DNA of 64,000 nt from Octopus sinensis (GCF_006345805.1 NC_042997.1:183520001-183584000), one strand, 5' to 3'; shown: positions 13,248-26,348, numbered from the stretch's first letter. The notes: a model not told the origin generated them from the letters alone. Program-made: numbers and translations.

Positions 13248-14052
13248 ATGAAGATAGTTGTGTGAAAAAGTGCCACACCCTAGCGGTTGAGGGAACCTGT
13301 GGAAGAGGCAGACCCAGGAAAACCTGGGACGAGGTGGTGAAGCACGACCTTCGAACTTTAGGTCTCACTGAGGAAATGACTAGAGACCGAGACCTCTGGA
13401 AGTGTGCTGTGCGCGAGAAGACCCGGCAGGACAAGTGAGTCCACAACCCGTGGCCTTCTACATGGGATGGAGCCAGCCTACGTATGCATACCTTCCCTTC
13501 TTGGGACACAAAACTCTACTTGTGAAGACGTGTTGAGGTAAGTGAGGATCAGAATCGAAATCGATCAATGGAAATTGCGGATGTGCTACCAGTGCCGGTG
13601 GCATGTCGAAACTCTGCTTGTGAAGACCCATTGAGGCAAGTGAGGATCAGAATCGAAATCGATCAATGGAAATCGATCAATGGAAATTGCAGATGTGTTA
13701 CCAGTGCCGGTGGCATGTAAGAGAACTTTCTGTTTTGCGACCGTTGCCAGCACCGCCCCGTTTCGTGTCCGTTGCCAGCCTCGCCTGGCCCTCGTGCCGG
13801 TGGCACATAAAAAGCACCATCCGTTCGTGGCCGTTTGCCAGCTCTGTCTGGCACCAGTGCGGGTGGCACGTAAAAAGCACCCACTACACTCACGGAGTGG
13901 TTGGCGTTAGGAAGGGCATCCAGCCGTAGAAACACTGCCAGGTTTGACTGGGCCTGATGAAGCCTTCTGGCTTCACAGACCCCAGTAGAACCGTCCAACC
14001 CATGCTAGCATGGAAAACGGACGCTAAATGATGATGATGATGATGATGATGA
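13244..14052 (+). mobile_element. 5'-truncated RTE LINE: C-terminal ORF, 3' UTR and (GAT)n tail
   Basis: MDEDSCVKKCHTLAVEGTCGRGRPRKTWDEVVKHDLRTLGLTEEMTRDRDLW* is an RTE C-terminus; ~98-bp tandem duplication at about 13511-13720. Confidence 0.9.
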
Positions 14053-14061
14053 TATATATAT

Positions 14062-14242
14062 ACTTTATTTAAAGCAGCAGAAAATTCAAGCTAGCAAAAA
14101 CTGTCTGATGAACGGCAACGAGAAACTCAGAGTAACAGATTTTGTTGAATTTTCTGCTGCTTTAAATAAAGCATATTACTCTACCACTGGTATTTGAGTA
14201 CTCTTTTTTCCACCTTGTTTCACATTTATGTATTTACTCCGG
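14062..14242 (+). ncRNA. 185-bp element with hammerhead motif, copy 2
   Basis: Differs from copy 1 by 3 substitutions by eye; CTGATGA at 14105-14111, predicted cleavage after 14134. Confidence 0.7.
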
Positions 14243-14247
14243 TATAT

Positions 14248-14289
<42 letters not shown>

Positions 14290-14959
14290 TGTATAATACA
14301 CACACACACACACACACATGTGTGAAGTTATCTAAGGTGCTTGAACAGTGCAATAATGTGTCTGGATGATATTTCATTTATGTTTATATCATAGTCAAAA
14401 AACTAACCTATCAAGCTTGTATCTCTATTTATGTTGTTATGCTGACCCAAAATAGCATTGTTTCATTTAGTACTGCAGTTTTAGGAACACATCAAAAACA
14501 GTTAACCAATGTACTGCTATATACACAGGAACATGCACTAATTAACCACCATATACAAGGCCCAATGCCAAATATACTATCTTTAAGATAACATGTCTGC
14601 ACTAAAAGACACACACACACACACACACACAATGGACTTTTCTAATGATTTTGACCAATGGGCATCAAGCTCTTTGATCAACTGGACAACCTAATTACTC
14701 ATTGAATTAGCATGCAAAGTGTCTGGATATTCCACAGACATCAGCATTCTTTTAACATATTTCTTAAGCAGCAGAATTAGTGCAACACAGCCTGTGACAA
14801 GGCTGGACTTTTGAATTACAGGTACAGTTCATAAGACAGGTTTCTTCACAGTTTCCACCTATCCAAATTTACTCACAAGACTTGGGGCAACCTAAGGCCA
14901 TAGTAAAGGCATTTACCCAAGATGCCTCACAGTGGAATATAACTTTGGATTTCCTATGT

Positions 14960-15220
14960 CATCATCATCATCATCGTTTAACGTCCGTTTTCTGTGCTAG
15001 CACGGGTTGGACGGTTCAACCGGCGTCTGGGAAGCCAGGAAGCTGCACCAGGCTCCAGTCTGATCTGGCAGTGTTTCTACAGCTGGATGCTCTTCCTAAC
15101 GCCAACCACTCCGTGAGTGTAGTGGGTGCTTTTTACGTGTCAGGGGAGGCTGGCAGCAGCCACGATCGGTTGGTGCTTTTTACGTGCCACCAGCACAGAA
15201 GATATGTGAAATGAATTTAA
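14960..15220 (-). mobile_element. RTE LINE 3'-end fragment
   Basis: (CAT)n plus family 3' UTR. Confidence 0.85.
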
Positions 15221-16289
15221 CCACTCAGGTATGCTTGCATCCATATTTGCGTGTGTGTGTGTGTGTGTGTGTGTGTGCATGTGTGGGTGGAGGGGTGTTA
15301 ATGACTTGACCTTTTCATCACAGATATTTCAGGTTATTGCATGTTCTCTCCATTAATTCATTTCTAAACTTATTGCACATTTTGCTTCTTGTTTTACCTC
15401 CAGGTTAAAGCCATTTGAGTTATGTCATTTGCTCAACGAGTCAATAACGTTTTTCTTTTCATCCAGTTACAAGCTATCAGGTCTTCTTTTATGGAGAGAG
15501 AAAATTGATAATTCACATTACCGACACAGCGAAGTGAAATGGAGATATTATCATATGACTCACCAGCCTACAGCCTGATGCTATTTTAAATCAGTGATTA
15601 TGTTTGTTGTTGTTTTTGTTTTTCCTTGATCAAATTAATGAGGAACATAATATTTGTATTCTTTCTTTGCTAAAAGACAATAATGGCTATAAGACAATTC
15701 TTCAGATTATCTCCCTGTTGGAAAGTGAACCTAGCAAAATCTAAGTACAAAATAATGAAGATAAATTATTTGATAAATAGTTATTTTTCTATCGTATTCG
15801 AAATAGTGAGCTTGAATGATCATCAGTCATGTGCAGTTAGAGAACATCTGCTAGTCATAAAGGATAAACACACACTATGGAAACAAATCCATATTGAAAA
15901 TCAGTACTGAAATTTTAATGTTTTAACAAACACTTCCCTCAGTAACAGCTGTGGAAAAGGCAAATCAGATATCGCAAAATATAATGTCTAACATATACAA
16001 CAAATACATGGTATATACCAAGGTAATTTATATGACAGAAAGAAAAGAAAAAAAAACAACAAATAAACAAAACCAAAAAAACCCAACCTTTTCTGATGTA
16101 TAAAGCTAAAACTGGTTTCTGACTTTTGTACAAGGTCACTCACTGACTTATATAGAGCAGAGAGAAATGTGATTATGTGATGTACAGGCTTTTGTCAGAG
16201 ACTTAGGAAATAAAAGTAAAGTGAAATGATTATAACTAGGAGCTGAAACTAGGTCATGTAAATGTTCACCATTAGCTTTCTTCTTGTTT

Positions 16290-16778
16290 GACTCAGGCAT
16301 TTGCCATATTCTGAACACCTTACTTCCCTGGGCATGGATACATTGAAACTCTGACGTCTGGCAGCTGATATAGCAGACACCCATAAAATTATTAACCATC
16401 TTACAAACAATAACTCTGAGTACCTTTTCAAACTCCACCTGTCTAACACCTGTGGCCATGTTTACAAAGTTAGAAAATAGCACAGCTCCCATGACTTTCG
16501 GAAACATTTTTTCATGCTAAGAGTTGCTGAAGTATGGAACAAACTGCCAGCATCTGTTGTTAGTTGTCGGAGTACTGCATCCTTCAAAACTTCCATGCTT
16601 CCTGAGATTTGCCAACACTACACCTGATTTTCTCCCCTCCATACACACACAAGCATGTATCTGACTCATACACTGTTCACTTTCCAGTCATTTGTACATT
16701 ACTGCATATGCTTTATACACACTTTTGACAAGTTGTGGTGCACCTGAGCACTGTATACAATAATTTCATTATTATTAT
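16290..16778 (+). mobile_element. CR1-like LINE 3' fragment
   Basis: YSEHLTSLGMDTLKL*RLAAD...TCGHVYKVRK*...RKHFFMLRVAEVWNKLPASVVSCRSTASFK, the typical CR1/L2 C-terminus, with (ATT)n tail. Confidence 0.85.
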
Positions 16779-18079
16779 AGATATATTATAAGGAAAAAGA
16801 AACCCACTCAATTGATCGCATAGAAACACTTTTGACCATAACTCCCAACCAAAAGCCTGGATTCTCACAGATACACTGTCACCTTACTCTATCCTTTCCA
16901 CTGCTACTTCAGAAACTTCTGCTTTGTAGACACGATTGACTTTATGTTGCCTTCTTCAGGGATCAACTGAATCACTCATCTCACCTCCTGCCATTACCCG
17001 TACTGTGCTAAACTTATCATTCTTGGCCTAAAAGTAACCCTTATCCCAATTCTTTCTCCTCTGAACATAATTTCCCTTGCCTAGGTTTTCCCTGAAATTG
17101 TCAACACGATTTTGTTCAAGAATATCAACTACTTTGGTTTTAATGTCCCAGAGGGCTAGGAAAAGCCATAGTTACTGTTTCTTCCTCTAGGAATATTTTT
17201 TTTTTAAAAGAAAGATATTCCTAAGAGAGTCGCCATTAAATAGTTCCATCATTATCATCAGGAACTCAAGTATGATTTTCTGCCGAGTAAACAAACATCT
17301 GTGCTTGATTTATTTTGAAACAGAAAAGCTGTTTGACAGATAAGGAGAAAATCACTTCTTTGCACAAAGAGATCAAACAGTATCATAAAGAGATAGATAG
17401 CTAGAAAGAGAGAGACAGAGGGAAAGAGAGATAGAGATAGAGAGAGACAGAGAGAGTGTCACTTTGAATGCCATTGCAGAATATTGTGCAAATGTCACCT
17501 TTTGCTTTGTTCCCTATAACCATTAACAAGCATTTACATCTCAAGCAACACAAGATATGTTTACTCATGTCAGAGACATTTTAAGAAATATATCATGAGT
17601 CTTTGAATTATGTAAACATTACAGAGTGTCTTACAAATGTAAGTACAGAGTATTGTTGTGCTACATATAACATATAACATACCCTACCCTTAGACGCCCT
17701 CCCCCAATGAAATATTAATTATATTACAATTCAACAATAAAAACAACTGAAATATTAATTACATTATATTCTTTTTTACTTGTTTATTAAATTAAAATGA
17801 GACGATCTAAATTACTTTCTGGCAGTGACCTAATGAATAAGAGTCCTTATGACCCTTACTTTAGTTGCTAGTTCATATCCAAATTAAATGCTTTTGTATA
17901 CGCAAATTTTATTTTTATTAGCTTGTAAGTTTTTGTAGTTATTAATGTAATACTTGTTACTATGTAATGATTTTCTGTTAACATTATGTAGTGTTATCAG
18001 TTTTTTTTTTCTGATCAAGTAAAGCAAACAATATAACAGCTAATTTAAAGAATAAATTACTGTCTGATCTTATTTACAA

Positions 18080-18285
18080 CATCATCATCATTATCATCAT
18101 TATTTAACGTCCGCTTTCCATGCTAGCATGGGTTGGACGGTTTGACCGGGGGCTGGTAAGCCATGGAGGCTGCACCAGGCTCTAGTCTGACTTGGCAGTG
18201 TTTCTACAGCTGGATGCCCTTCCTAACACCAACCACTCCATGAGTGTAGTGGGTGTATTTTACATGCCACCGGCACAGGGGCCAA
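18080..18285 (-). mobile_element. RTE LINE 3'-end fragment
   Basis: Family 3' UTR and (CAT)n. Confidence 0.8.
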
Positions 18286-19009
18286 TTTTTTATTGTATCA
18301 AATAACTTTCTCTTTTTCACACACACACTGAGACTCTGAGCAGTGGATTACCAGACTTCTTAGAGTGACTGACAAAATGTTTTAGTTGCCTTGCTTTATG
18401 TTCTGAGTTCAAATCCTGCCAGAGTTAACTTTGCTTTTTTCATCTTTAGGAAGTCAATACAAAAATACTGGTTAAGTATTCAGTTAATGTAATCAACTAT
18501 ACTATTCCCTAAAAATGTGTGGGTTTGTGTGTATATCACAAATCAACATGAAAATATGTAACAAACTTTAAAATACCTTATGTATGTTAGCCCCTACTTA
18601 ACTATATGTCCTTCACCCAGAAAACATCAGAAGGGAACTTTTCCCATGTCATTATTTTAAAATGCCGAATGATTAAAGGGTTTTTTCACTACAATCCACT
18701 AAATTCTCAGTTATTTTAAGGTCTTGTAAGAGTAAGACAATGTTTTACTGAACAGAGCAAATAAGACAAAACATGATCTGAATTGTCATCATATTAACTG
18801 AAGATCAAACTCACTATCCTTCATTCAGTTTTTAACCAATTTGAATCTTGAAGTTGTCTCCCTTGACTTTAAAATGAATTTTATCATTAATGCTTATGAT
18901 CTTTTTTTCCCCCACTATGGTTGTGCTGGCAGAACTGTTAGCCTGTTGAACAAATGTTTTACAGCATTTCTTGTTGAAGTCAACTTTGTCTTTCATCCTC
19001 TCAGGTTGT

Positions 19010-19228
19010 TTAACCCTGGCTATATCTGATCCAAATATTCTGCCTGTTTTATGCTAAAACTGACCGGATCAGGCCTCTCTAACCTATCCTGCAATGTTGT
19101 TCTAAAAATAAAACAATCACATCTTTGAAATATCAAAGCTGCAAGATAATACAGGATTAATTTTATAAAACGTGAATAAATAAGTATTACATCAGACAGA
19201 GTAATCTGAATGCTAGAGTTAAAGGGTT
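19010..19228 (-). mobile_element. piggyBac-type MITE, degenerate
   Basis: TTAACCCT...AAAGGGTT ends; reverse complement of the 60887 family. Confidence 0.65.
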
Positions 19229-19359
19229 GAACACTGGGAGGAGGGTAATGTAATCAGCTACCCCCATCCCACTAAAATTACTAGCCTTGTGCTAAAATTT
19301 GAAAAAAAAGAAGAAAAATTATGGGTATAATTGTAAATGAAAAATATGACCACTACATA

Positions 19360-20202
19360 CAGGGTGCAGTGAATAAACTCTCGTCTAAATTATGTAAAAA
19401 TGAAAATAACACTGACATCTCATTTTAACAGATATATTTACCAAAATTACATAAAAATATCTTGAAATACTAAAGAGTAAATTTATTCAATAAAATCGCC
19501 ATTGGCTTCAACCACAGCCTCCAGACAACTTTGGAATCTCCTGCAGCTCTTCTGGATGGTCTCCTTGTTTAAGTTGGGGAATACTGCCATAATCTTTGCT
19601 TTCAGTTCATCTTTGGTGTTACAAGGAGTTTTGTTGGTCTCTCACTCAACTGCACCCTATACATAATAATCTTGGGAGTTAGGTGGCTAAATGTTAGGGA
19701 TGATATGGTTGCAGAAATTGTGTGACAGCCATGACTGTGTTCTCCTGCTTGTGTGGCATGGTGCAGAGTCCTGTTGCCAGACATAGGCTTTTCCAGCAGC
19801 CACCCTCTTGACCCAGGGCAGCACTACCTCCTCCAGACTCTTGATGCAGGCCTCTGTGTTGTGTCTGAGGCCATGTGGGAAGATGAATGGAGGCATAACG
19901 TTGCCATCATTAGTGATCACTCTAAACACCCTGATGTTGACCAGATGTTTGATTTTTATCACTCTCGGTACATGTCCTAAGACTACTGTCCTCAGATTGA
20001 CACCCAAACACTCTGAAATGTTTGTATTGGAGTTTCTGGCATGAATGCCAAGCAGTACAGCATATCATTTCCAAATTTCAGGCAGAGTGAATTGCGTTAT
20101 GTTGCTGTTTTTCTCACAGATGGTGCCCAACAGACCCTACTATACGTGCGCATGCACGGACTTAAAAATATAAAATGGTGACAATTTACCCATTGCACCC
20201 TG
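19360..20202 (-). mobile_element. Internally deleted Tc1/mariner (maT/DD37D-like) element
   Basis: TIRs CAGGGTGCAGTGAATAAA / TTTACCCATTGCACCCTG; TA on both sides (19358-59, 20203-04); remnant ORF MPPFIFPHG...YVWQQDSAPCHTSRRTQSWL...DYYV*GAVERETN. Confidence 0.9.
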
Positions 20203-20436
20203 TATACTAGTTTCCATTTAAGTATATGTTCTTTACATAGAAGAAGGCTGCAAAATTTTCTTGTTATTATCTCAATGTCGTTAATTTTTAAATTTTATTT
20301 TATTTTATATAATTTATTTTACCAAAACCTTATATATTCTAAATCATTCTTAGGTCAGGTAAGAACCAATAATTTTTATTCGCTCACTATATTATGCTAA
20401 GTTTCACATAAATATTTTATACATACAGACATACTA

Positions 20437-20468
<32 letters not shown>

Positions 20469-20879
20469 ATGACAAAATGTTGAGTGCATTAGTGACCAAA
20501 ATGAAGGGAAATAAGTACACATGACAATGAAACCATATAAAGCACAGGAAACAAAACCAAAATAAAACGAATAAAAAGGCTTCCTTCATCTGCTATCATC
20601 TGAAGGTAATGGTAATTTTGCATCTAATAGCAGGACTGTTGCCATCCAATGGTGCCAACAGCTACAAGAGAAATGCTACCAGGGAATAATGCAGACAAGT
20701 GGAGGCAAAAGCAAAGAACAGAGAAAATAGATTCTAGGCATTCTGACTGAGACAAACAAAACACAGGACAATGTGTGCATGTGTATGTGTATTTGAGTGT
20801 TTGTGCATGTGTGTGTGTGTGTGTGTGTGTTCACAGTATCTAACTATATTATATCTATCTATATATATTCTTTTACATT

Positions 20880-21500
20880 TTTCTTGTACTTGTTTCAGTC
20901 ATTTTGACTGTGGCCATGCTGGAGTACCGCCTTAAATGGGTTTTTAGTTGAAGCAATCAACTTCAGGACTTATTCTTTGTAAGCCTAGTACTTATTCCAT
21001 TGATCTCTTTTGCTGAGCTGCTAAGTTAAGGGGACATAAACACACTGACATTGGTTGTCAAGTGATGGTGGGGTTACAAACACAGATACAAGGACACACA
21101 CACACACAGATATATACATATACGGCAGGCTTCTTTCAGTTTCTGTCTACCAAATCCACTCACAAGGCTTTGGTCAACCTGAAGCTATAGTAGAAGACAC
21201 TTGCCCAAGATGCCACACAGTGGGACTGAACCCAGAACATTATGGTTGAGAAGTAAGCTTCTCATCACACAACTATGCCTGATATCATCATCATCATAAT
21301 TTAATGTCCATTGTCCATGCTGGCATGAGTTGGACAGTCTGACCGGGCTGGCACACTGGAAGGCTGCACCAGACTCCAGTCTGATTTGACATGATTTTCT
21401 ATGGCTGGATGCCCTTCCTAATGCCAACCACTCCAAGAGTGTAATGGATGCTTTTATGTTCCACTGGCACGGGTGCCAATTTGTATGGTACCAGTATTTG
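20880..21500 (-). mobile_element. Family B SINE (20880-21280) and RTE 3' end (21285-21500)
   Basis: Matches to in-window families. Confidence 0.8.
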
Positions 21501-22547
21501 CCAAAAGAGAAGCACACTCAAAGTTATAGAGAAGTAGATTATTTAGAGAATGTTAGTTAATGGCCCTAATTAGGGTCTGACAAGATGTGTGTAAAGCTAA
21601 CCACTTTATGGACATGAAACCCCGGGTAAAGCTATGAACTGGCCATAAACATACATACATACATACATATAATACTATAAATTGGTACAGTAGAAGGTGG
21701 ATATAATTTAAGGAAGATTTGTTTACTATTTCCAGCAGGTAGAGTGACTGTCTTGTAACTTTTTATCCTAATGAAAGTGTTACATATGTTGATGGTGTAA
21801 ATAAAATTAAAGTAACAAAATATTATGTCTGTGACCTTTGGAAGATAAAAGTTGTTCTCCTTCAATAAAACTATATTCTATAATGATTTCATAGCAGTGT
21901 TAATAGTATTAGTATTTGGGATTCTGAACAAGACACTTGAAAATATCTGTAACCAAGACATCAAGGCAATAAAACTATTAATCACCACTTGTGACTTTTA
22001 CGTCAATAGGGACACAGACAGGATCTATGTTGAAGCCTTATATTAATAGTATCTCCCAGCCAACATCTAATGAACAATAAAAGATAAACAAGTACATTGT
22101 ATATGTACTCTAAAGTGAAAATAACACAACCAAAGTTTGGGAAACTAACAAATAGATATTTTGAAAGATTTTGACATCATAAAAATTTTATAAATTTTCA
22201 AGAGTATGTGAGATAATTCTTTTTTGAAATGGAGGATCTTGAAGCACACATAAAACTTTAAATAATAGCATGTAAATATGGAGGTGAAAAGCTCTTTTGG
22301 ACAGAAAAAGTCAAAGGCTACTCATTGGACACTTTTTCTATCCAAAAGGAATTTTCAAATGATATTCAACCATTTATAGCTTTATGTGTACTTCAAGATC
22401 CACAATTCCAAAAATGAATTATTTTGAAAGTTGTAATAGTCCATGTGACTGGAGGGCAAAATCTTTGAGAAGAAGTACTCATAATATTGGCAAAAAATTA
22501 TGTATAGGAATAAATCATGCAAGGTACATGACAGGAATACTTATTTC

Positions 22548-22787
22548 AAATTTTGGCATAAGGCCAGCAATTTTGTGGGAAGGGATAAGTCAATTACAAT
22601 GACCCCGTGTTGAACTGGTACATATTTTATTGATCCTGGAAAGGATGACAGGTAAAGTTGATCTCAGTGGAATTTGAACTCAGAATGTAAAGATGGACAA
22701 AATGCCGCTAAGCATTTTGCCCAGCGTGCTAACGTTTCTGCCAGCTCGCTGCCTGGCGTGCTAATGATACTGCCAGCTCACCACCTT
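22548..22787 (-). mobile_element. Family A SINE with duplicated head
   Basis: GCGTGCTAACGTTTCTGCCAGCTCGC repeated at 22725-22787. Confidence 0.8.
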
Positions 22788-22972
22788 AGTACATGATAGG
22801 AATATTGATAGAGAGAAACTGTCTCTCTTGACCCTGAGATAGAATGATACACCAACTGTATTCAAGTACAGGAAAAACTTTGAAATACATAACTAATAAA
22901 ACAGATGTGTGCCCCTAAACAACCATGCTGAAACCCCCCAAAAAAGAAAAAGTATTATTCTCTCTCTCTCTT

Positions 22973-23373
22973 TTACTCTTTTACTTGTTTCAGTCATTTG
23001 ACTGTGACCTTGCTGGAGCACCACCTTTAGTTGAGCAAATCGACCCTAGGACTTATTCTTTATAAGCCTATTACTTATTCTATCAGTCTCTTAGGCCGAA
23101 CCGCTAAGTTACGGGGACGTAAACACACCAGCATCGGTTGTCAAGCGATGTTGGGGAGACAAACACAGACACACAAACATATACACACACATACATATAT
23201 ATATAGATATATACGACGGGCTTCTTTCAGTTTCCGTCTACCGAATCCACTCACAAGGCTTTAGTCAGCCCGAGGCTATAGTAAAAGACACTTGCCCAAG
23301 GTGCCACACAGTGGGACTGAACCCAAAACCATGTGGTTGGTAAGCAAGCTACTTACCACACAGCCACCCCTAT
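22973..23373 (-). mobile_element. SINE family B, full length
   Basis: Head, core and tail present. Confidence 0.85.
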
Positions 23374-23519
23374 GCCTATGGTATTATGCCATACCAGTTT
23401 ATAACATTTCCTACACATTAACAACAGATACTCCTAAATGTGTATATGATACTAACTTGTCATTGTTTGCTCTGATAAACATAACAAAAGTACCACCCAA
23501 GATACTAAGATTCTATAGG

Positions 23520-23900
23520 AGCAGGCATGACTGTAGTTAAGAAGCTCATTTGATAACCACATGGTTTTGTATTTAGTCCCAATGTATGGTACCTTGGACA
23601 AATGTCTGTTACTATAGCCAGGGGTTGCCCAATGTCTTGTGAATGTGTAGAAGCTAGTCATATGTTTATGTCTGTATGTATATGTGTATGTGTAGCTGTT
23701 TGTGTGTGTGTGTGTGTGTTTGTCTCATATTGCTTGACAAGCAATATTGATTTATGTCGCAGTAAATTAGCAGTTCAGCAAAAAGAGACCAATAGAATAA
23801 GTGCTAAACTTAAAATATGTATCAGGAGGGGAGGATCAATCTGTTCAAGTAGATTTTTTTATGTAATGCTCCAGCATGGCCATAACCCAACGAACAAAAC
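23520..23900 (+). mobile_element. SINE family B, degenerate
   Basis: Diverged head, core and tail. Confidence 0.7.
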
Positions 23901-24017
23901 AAGTAGAGGATAAAAGGATGCATATGTTGTCGTCATTTTATTTCTTTCCAAACAAGTGTGGGTTGGATATGTAGCACATATTCAGGGATTCAGCTCACTT
24001 AGATGGGCAAGGGGACC

Positions 24018-24340
24018 TCATCATCATCATCATCATCATCATCGTTTAACGTCTGCTTTCCATGCTAGCATGGGTTGGACGATTTGACTGAGGTCTGGCA
24101 AACCAGATGGCTGCACCAGGCTCTAATCTGATCTGGCAGAGTTTCTATAGCTGGATACCCTTCCTAACGCCAACCACTCTGAGAGTATAGTGGGTGCTTT
24201 TATGTGCCACTGGCACAAGGGCCAGTCAGGCGGTACTGGCAATGGCCACGCTCAGATCATGCTTTGTATGTGCCACCTGCACAGGAGCCAGTCCAGTGGC
24301 ACTGGCAATGACCTGGTTTAGTTTCTATAGCTGGATGCCC
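24018..24340 (-). mobile_element. RTE LINE 3'-end fragment
   Basis: (CAT)n plus family 3' UTR. Confidence 0.85.
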
Positions 24341-24579
24341 TAAATTAATAACAAGTACTTTACAGAATGAGAAGAATGTGTAAAAGAATGTGTAAAAGAA
24401 TATGTAATGAAAGAATAGAAGTATGAAAGAGTGTGATTGGGGTGTCTTGATAGGATTCATCAGTGAAGATTGAAACCTAAGGTGTGTGGGTGAAAAGAGC
24501 AAAAGGTTGATGGTAGACAGAGGGAAACAGGTTGAAGATAGGTAGTGCAGGAGAGGGTGGGTGAATGTTGCGTGTACTT

Positions 24580-24840
24580 CCTTTTTTTTTTCTTTTCCTT
24601 CTCAAGTCACACCGACTCATAAGGGCTGGTTTCCTGGTTTCCATGGCATATATATTCCTCACCTGAACGGGACACCGGTCCGTCACAGGATTACTCATTT
24701 TTGCCAGCTGAGTGGACTGGAGCAATGTGAAATGAAGTGTTTTGCTCAAGAACACAATGCATCGCCCGGTCCAGGTATTGAAACCACAATCTTACTATCA
24801 TGAGTTCAACACCCTAACCACAAAGCCATGCACCTCCACT
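24580..24840 (-). mobile_element. SINE family C with 12-bp TSD
   Basis: GTTG(C/A)GTGTACT at 24568-79 and 24841-52; T-rich tail at left. Confidence 0.85.
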
Positions 24841-25338
24841 GTTGAGTGTACTGGGCACAAATTGTTCAATGTACACATCTGTACACAAGCTTTGAGATGG
24901 GCCTGGAAGGATCAAAATCAAGTTATAAGGGTGGTGGCAGGAGGAACGGAAAATAAAAAGGTCCTGTACCAGTGAACAGCACAAAACAAAGGAGGTGAGT
25001 CAGAATAGGTGTATTGACATCCTTCGTTATAAGGGAAGCAATGTATGGTGAACTGAAATGATCCATGGCTAACCTCCACCACACTTGAAGCATAGTACAG
25101 AGAAAATTAAGAAGATGAGTGAGTGATTCAAAGACAAGCAAAGAAAGGAATGGGCAAAAGAATATAGTGAATAGTAGATGAACAATAAAAGTATGGGCAA
25201 GAGAGTGCAGTGTATGGTAAACAGAAGACAGCCATCCTTATTTACACTCTAGCCACTGTATACAACAGCAAAGCTGAGAAGAGGAGGGAGTGATTGAGAG
25301 ATGAGCACTAGGAAGGAATATGGGCATATATATAGATA

Positions 25339-25742
25339 GTCGTGCAGCTAATGTTTATACCTCGTTCAGAGATTTATTATTGCTTGTTTACACTTTTTCA
25401 AGATCAGTGGCTTTTCGTCACTGGAAAAAGGATATATGTATTTGCATTAGGACCCCTTCGCATCGAAGACCAGTGATTGTCGTGCGCTGACGACGGGTAA
25501 ATATTCAGAAACCTGGATCCGTGTGTATCACGTCAGGTCAACGATGGGAAGGATGGCTTCCCTTTGCAAATAGTGATAGGGCACAGAAATTGTGTCAATA
25601 GCCAGCTGGAGAAGATGTTCGCCTGGGGCTACAAGCTACAGTAGCATTCATCCCTTAGTGGTTAGCTACATTTAAGTGGCAAATATACTTCACATTGTCG
25701 TGCAGCTACTGTTTATACCTCGTTCAGAGATTTATTATTGCT
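25339..25742 (+). mobile_element. 358-bp unit plus 46-bp terminal direct repeat with HHR-like motif (Penelope pseudo-LTR or retrozyme-like)
   Basis: 25339-84 repeated at 25697-742 with 1 mismatch; CTGACGA 25487-93, GAAA 25508-11, stem III ACCTG/CAGGT, GTC triplet ending 25539; stems I and II imperfect. Confidence 0.55.
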
Positions 25743-26300
25743 ATATATATATGAATATATATATATATATATATTCACACACCCACACACACACATATTG
25801 GGTCATCCCATAAATAATCTGTTGTTATTCCTTGTTGTTTGTATTCATATTGTGAACCATGTTCCCCATTTTTTTGTCTTTGTTGTCATACACATTCGCT
25901 AGCTTTCTTACAAAGGGGTCTAATGCTCTTAGCTTAGATTTTTTGGTGGAGCAACCAGATCGAACCATCTCAAGTGTAACTGCCCGAAATGGTCATGACA
26001 TCTAGTACTTGACTGAAGAAAGAACGCCATGAATGAACCGTCTTTTTTTGCCTGTCCTTCTAACTGTTGTTTCTCTTGTCCACCTTTGTATTGTCTATCT
26101 GTCCAAATGTTTTTATTGTCCTCTAATGCATTTTTGTTCCATCTTTGAAATATTATATGTATACCATTCTGCCTAAAAAAAATGGATCTACAAATGCAAT
26201 ATCCCTACATATCTCACGTCTATTTTCTTTTATTCCCTCCACCTCACTCTCTATTTTATATCTTATCTAAATTAACTAGTTCTTAACCATCCTCTCACAC

Positions 26301-26348
26301 CATCTCCAATGAAGGGATATAATAAATATCCTGGAAACAACTGTAAGA
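26301..26348 (+). ncRNA. Decayed minimal HHR motif
   Basis: TCT-CCAATGA-AGGGATAT..ATATCCTG-GAAAC-AACT-GTA-AGA; core has two mutations relative to CTGATGA. Confidence 0.4.

Noticed and set aside
13954-13980. CTGATGA-AGCC-TTCT-GGCT looks like an HHR core with stem II
   Set aside because: No GAAA follows; other RTE copies read CTGGTGCAGCC here, so it is a chance mutation
16148-16507. 119-aa minus-strand ORF
   Set aside because: Antisense to the CR1-like LINE remnant
17320-17405. Apparent terminal exon KSCLTDKEKITSLHKEIKQYHKEIDS*
   Set aside because: Overlaps sequence resembling a decayed RT motif (QYDFLPSK..EKLFDR) and runs into a GA/GATA repeat
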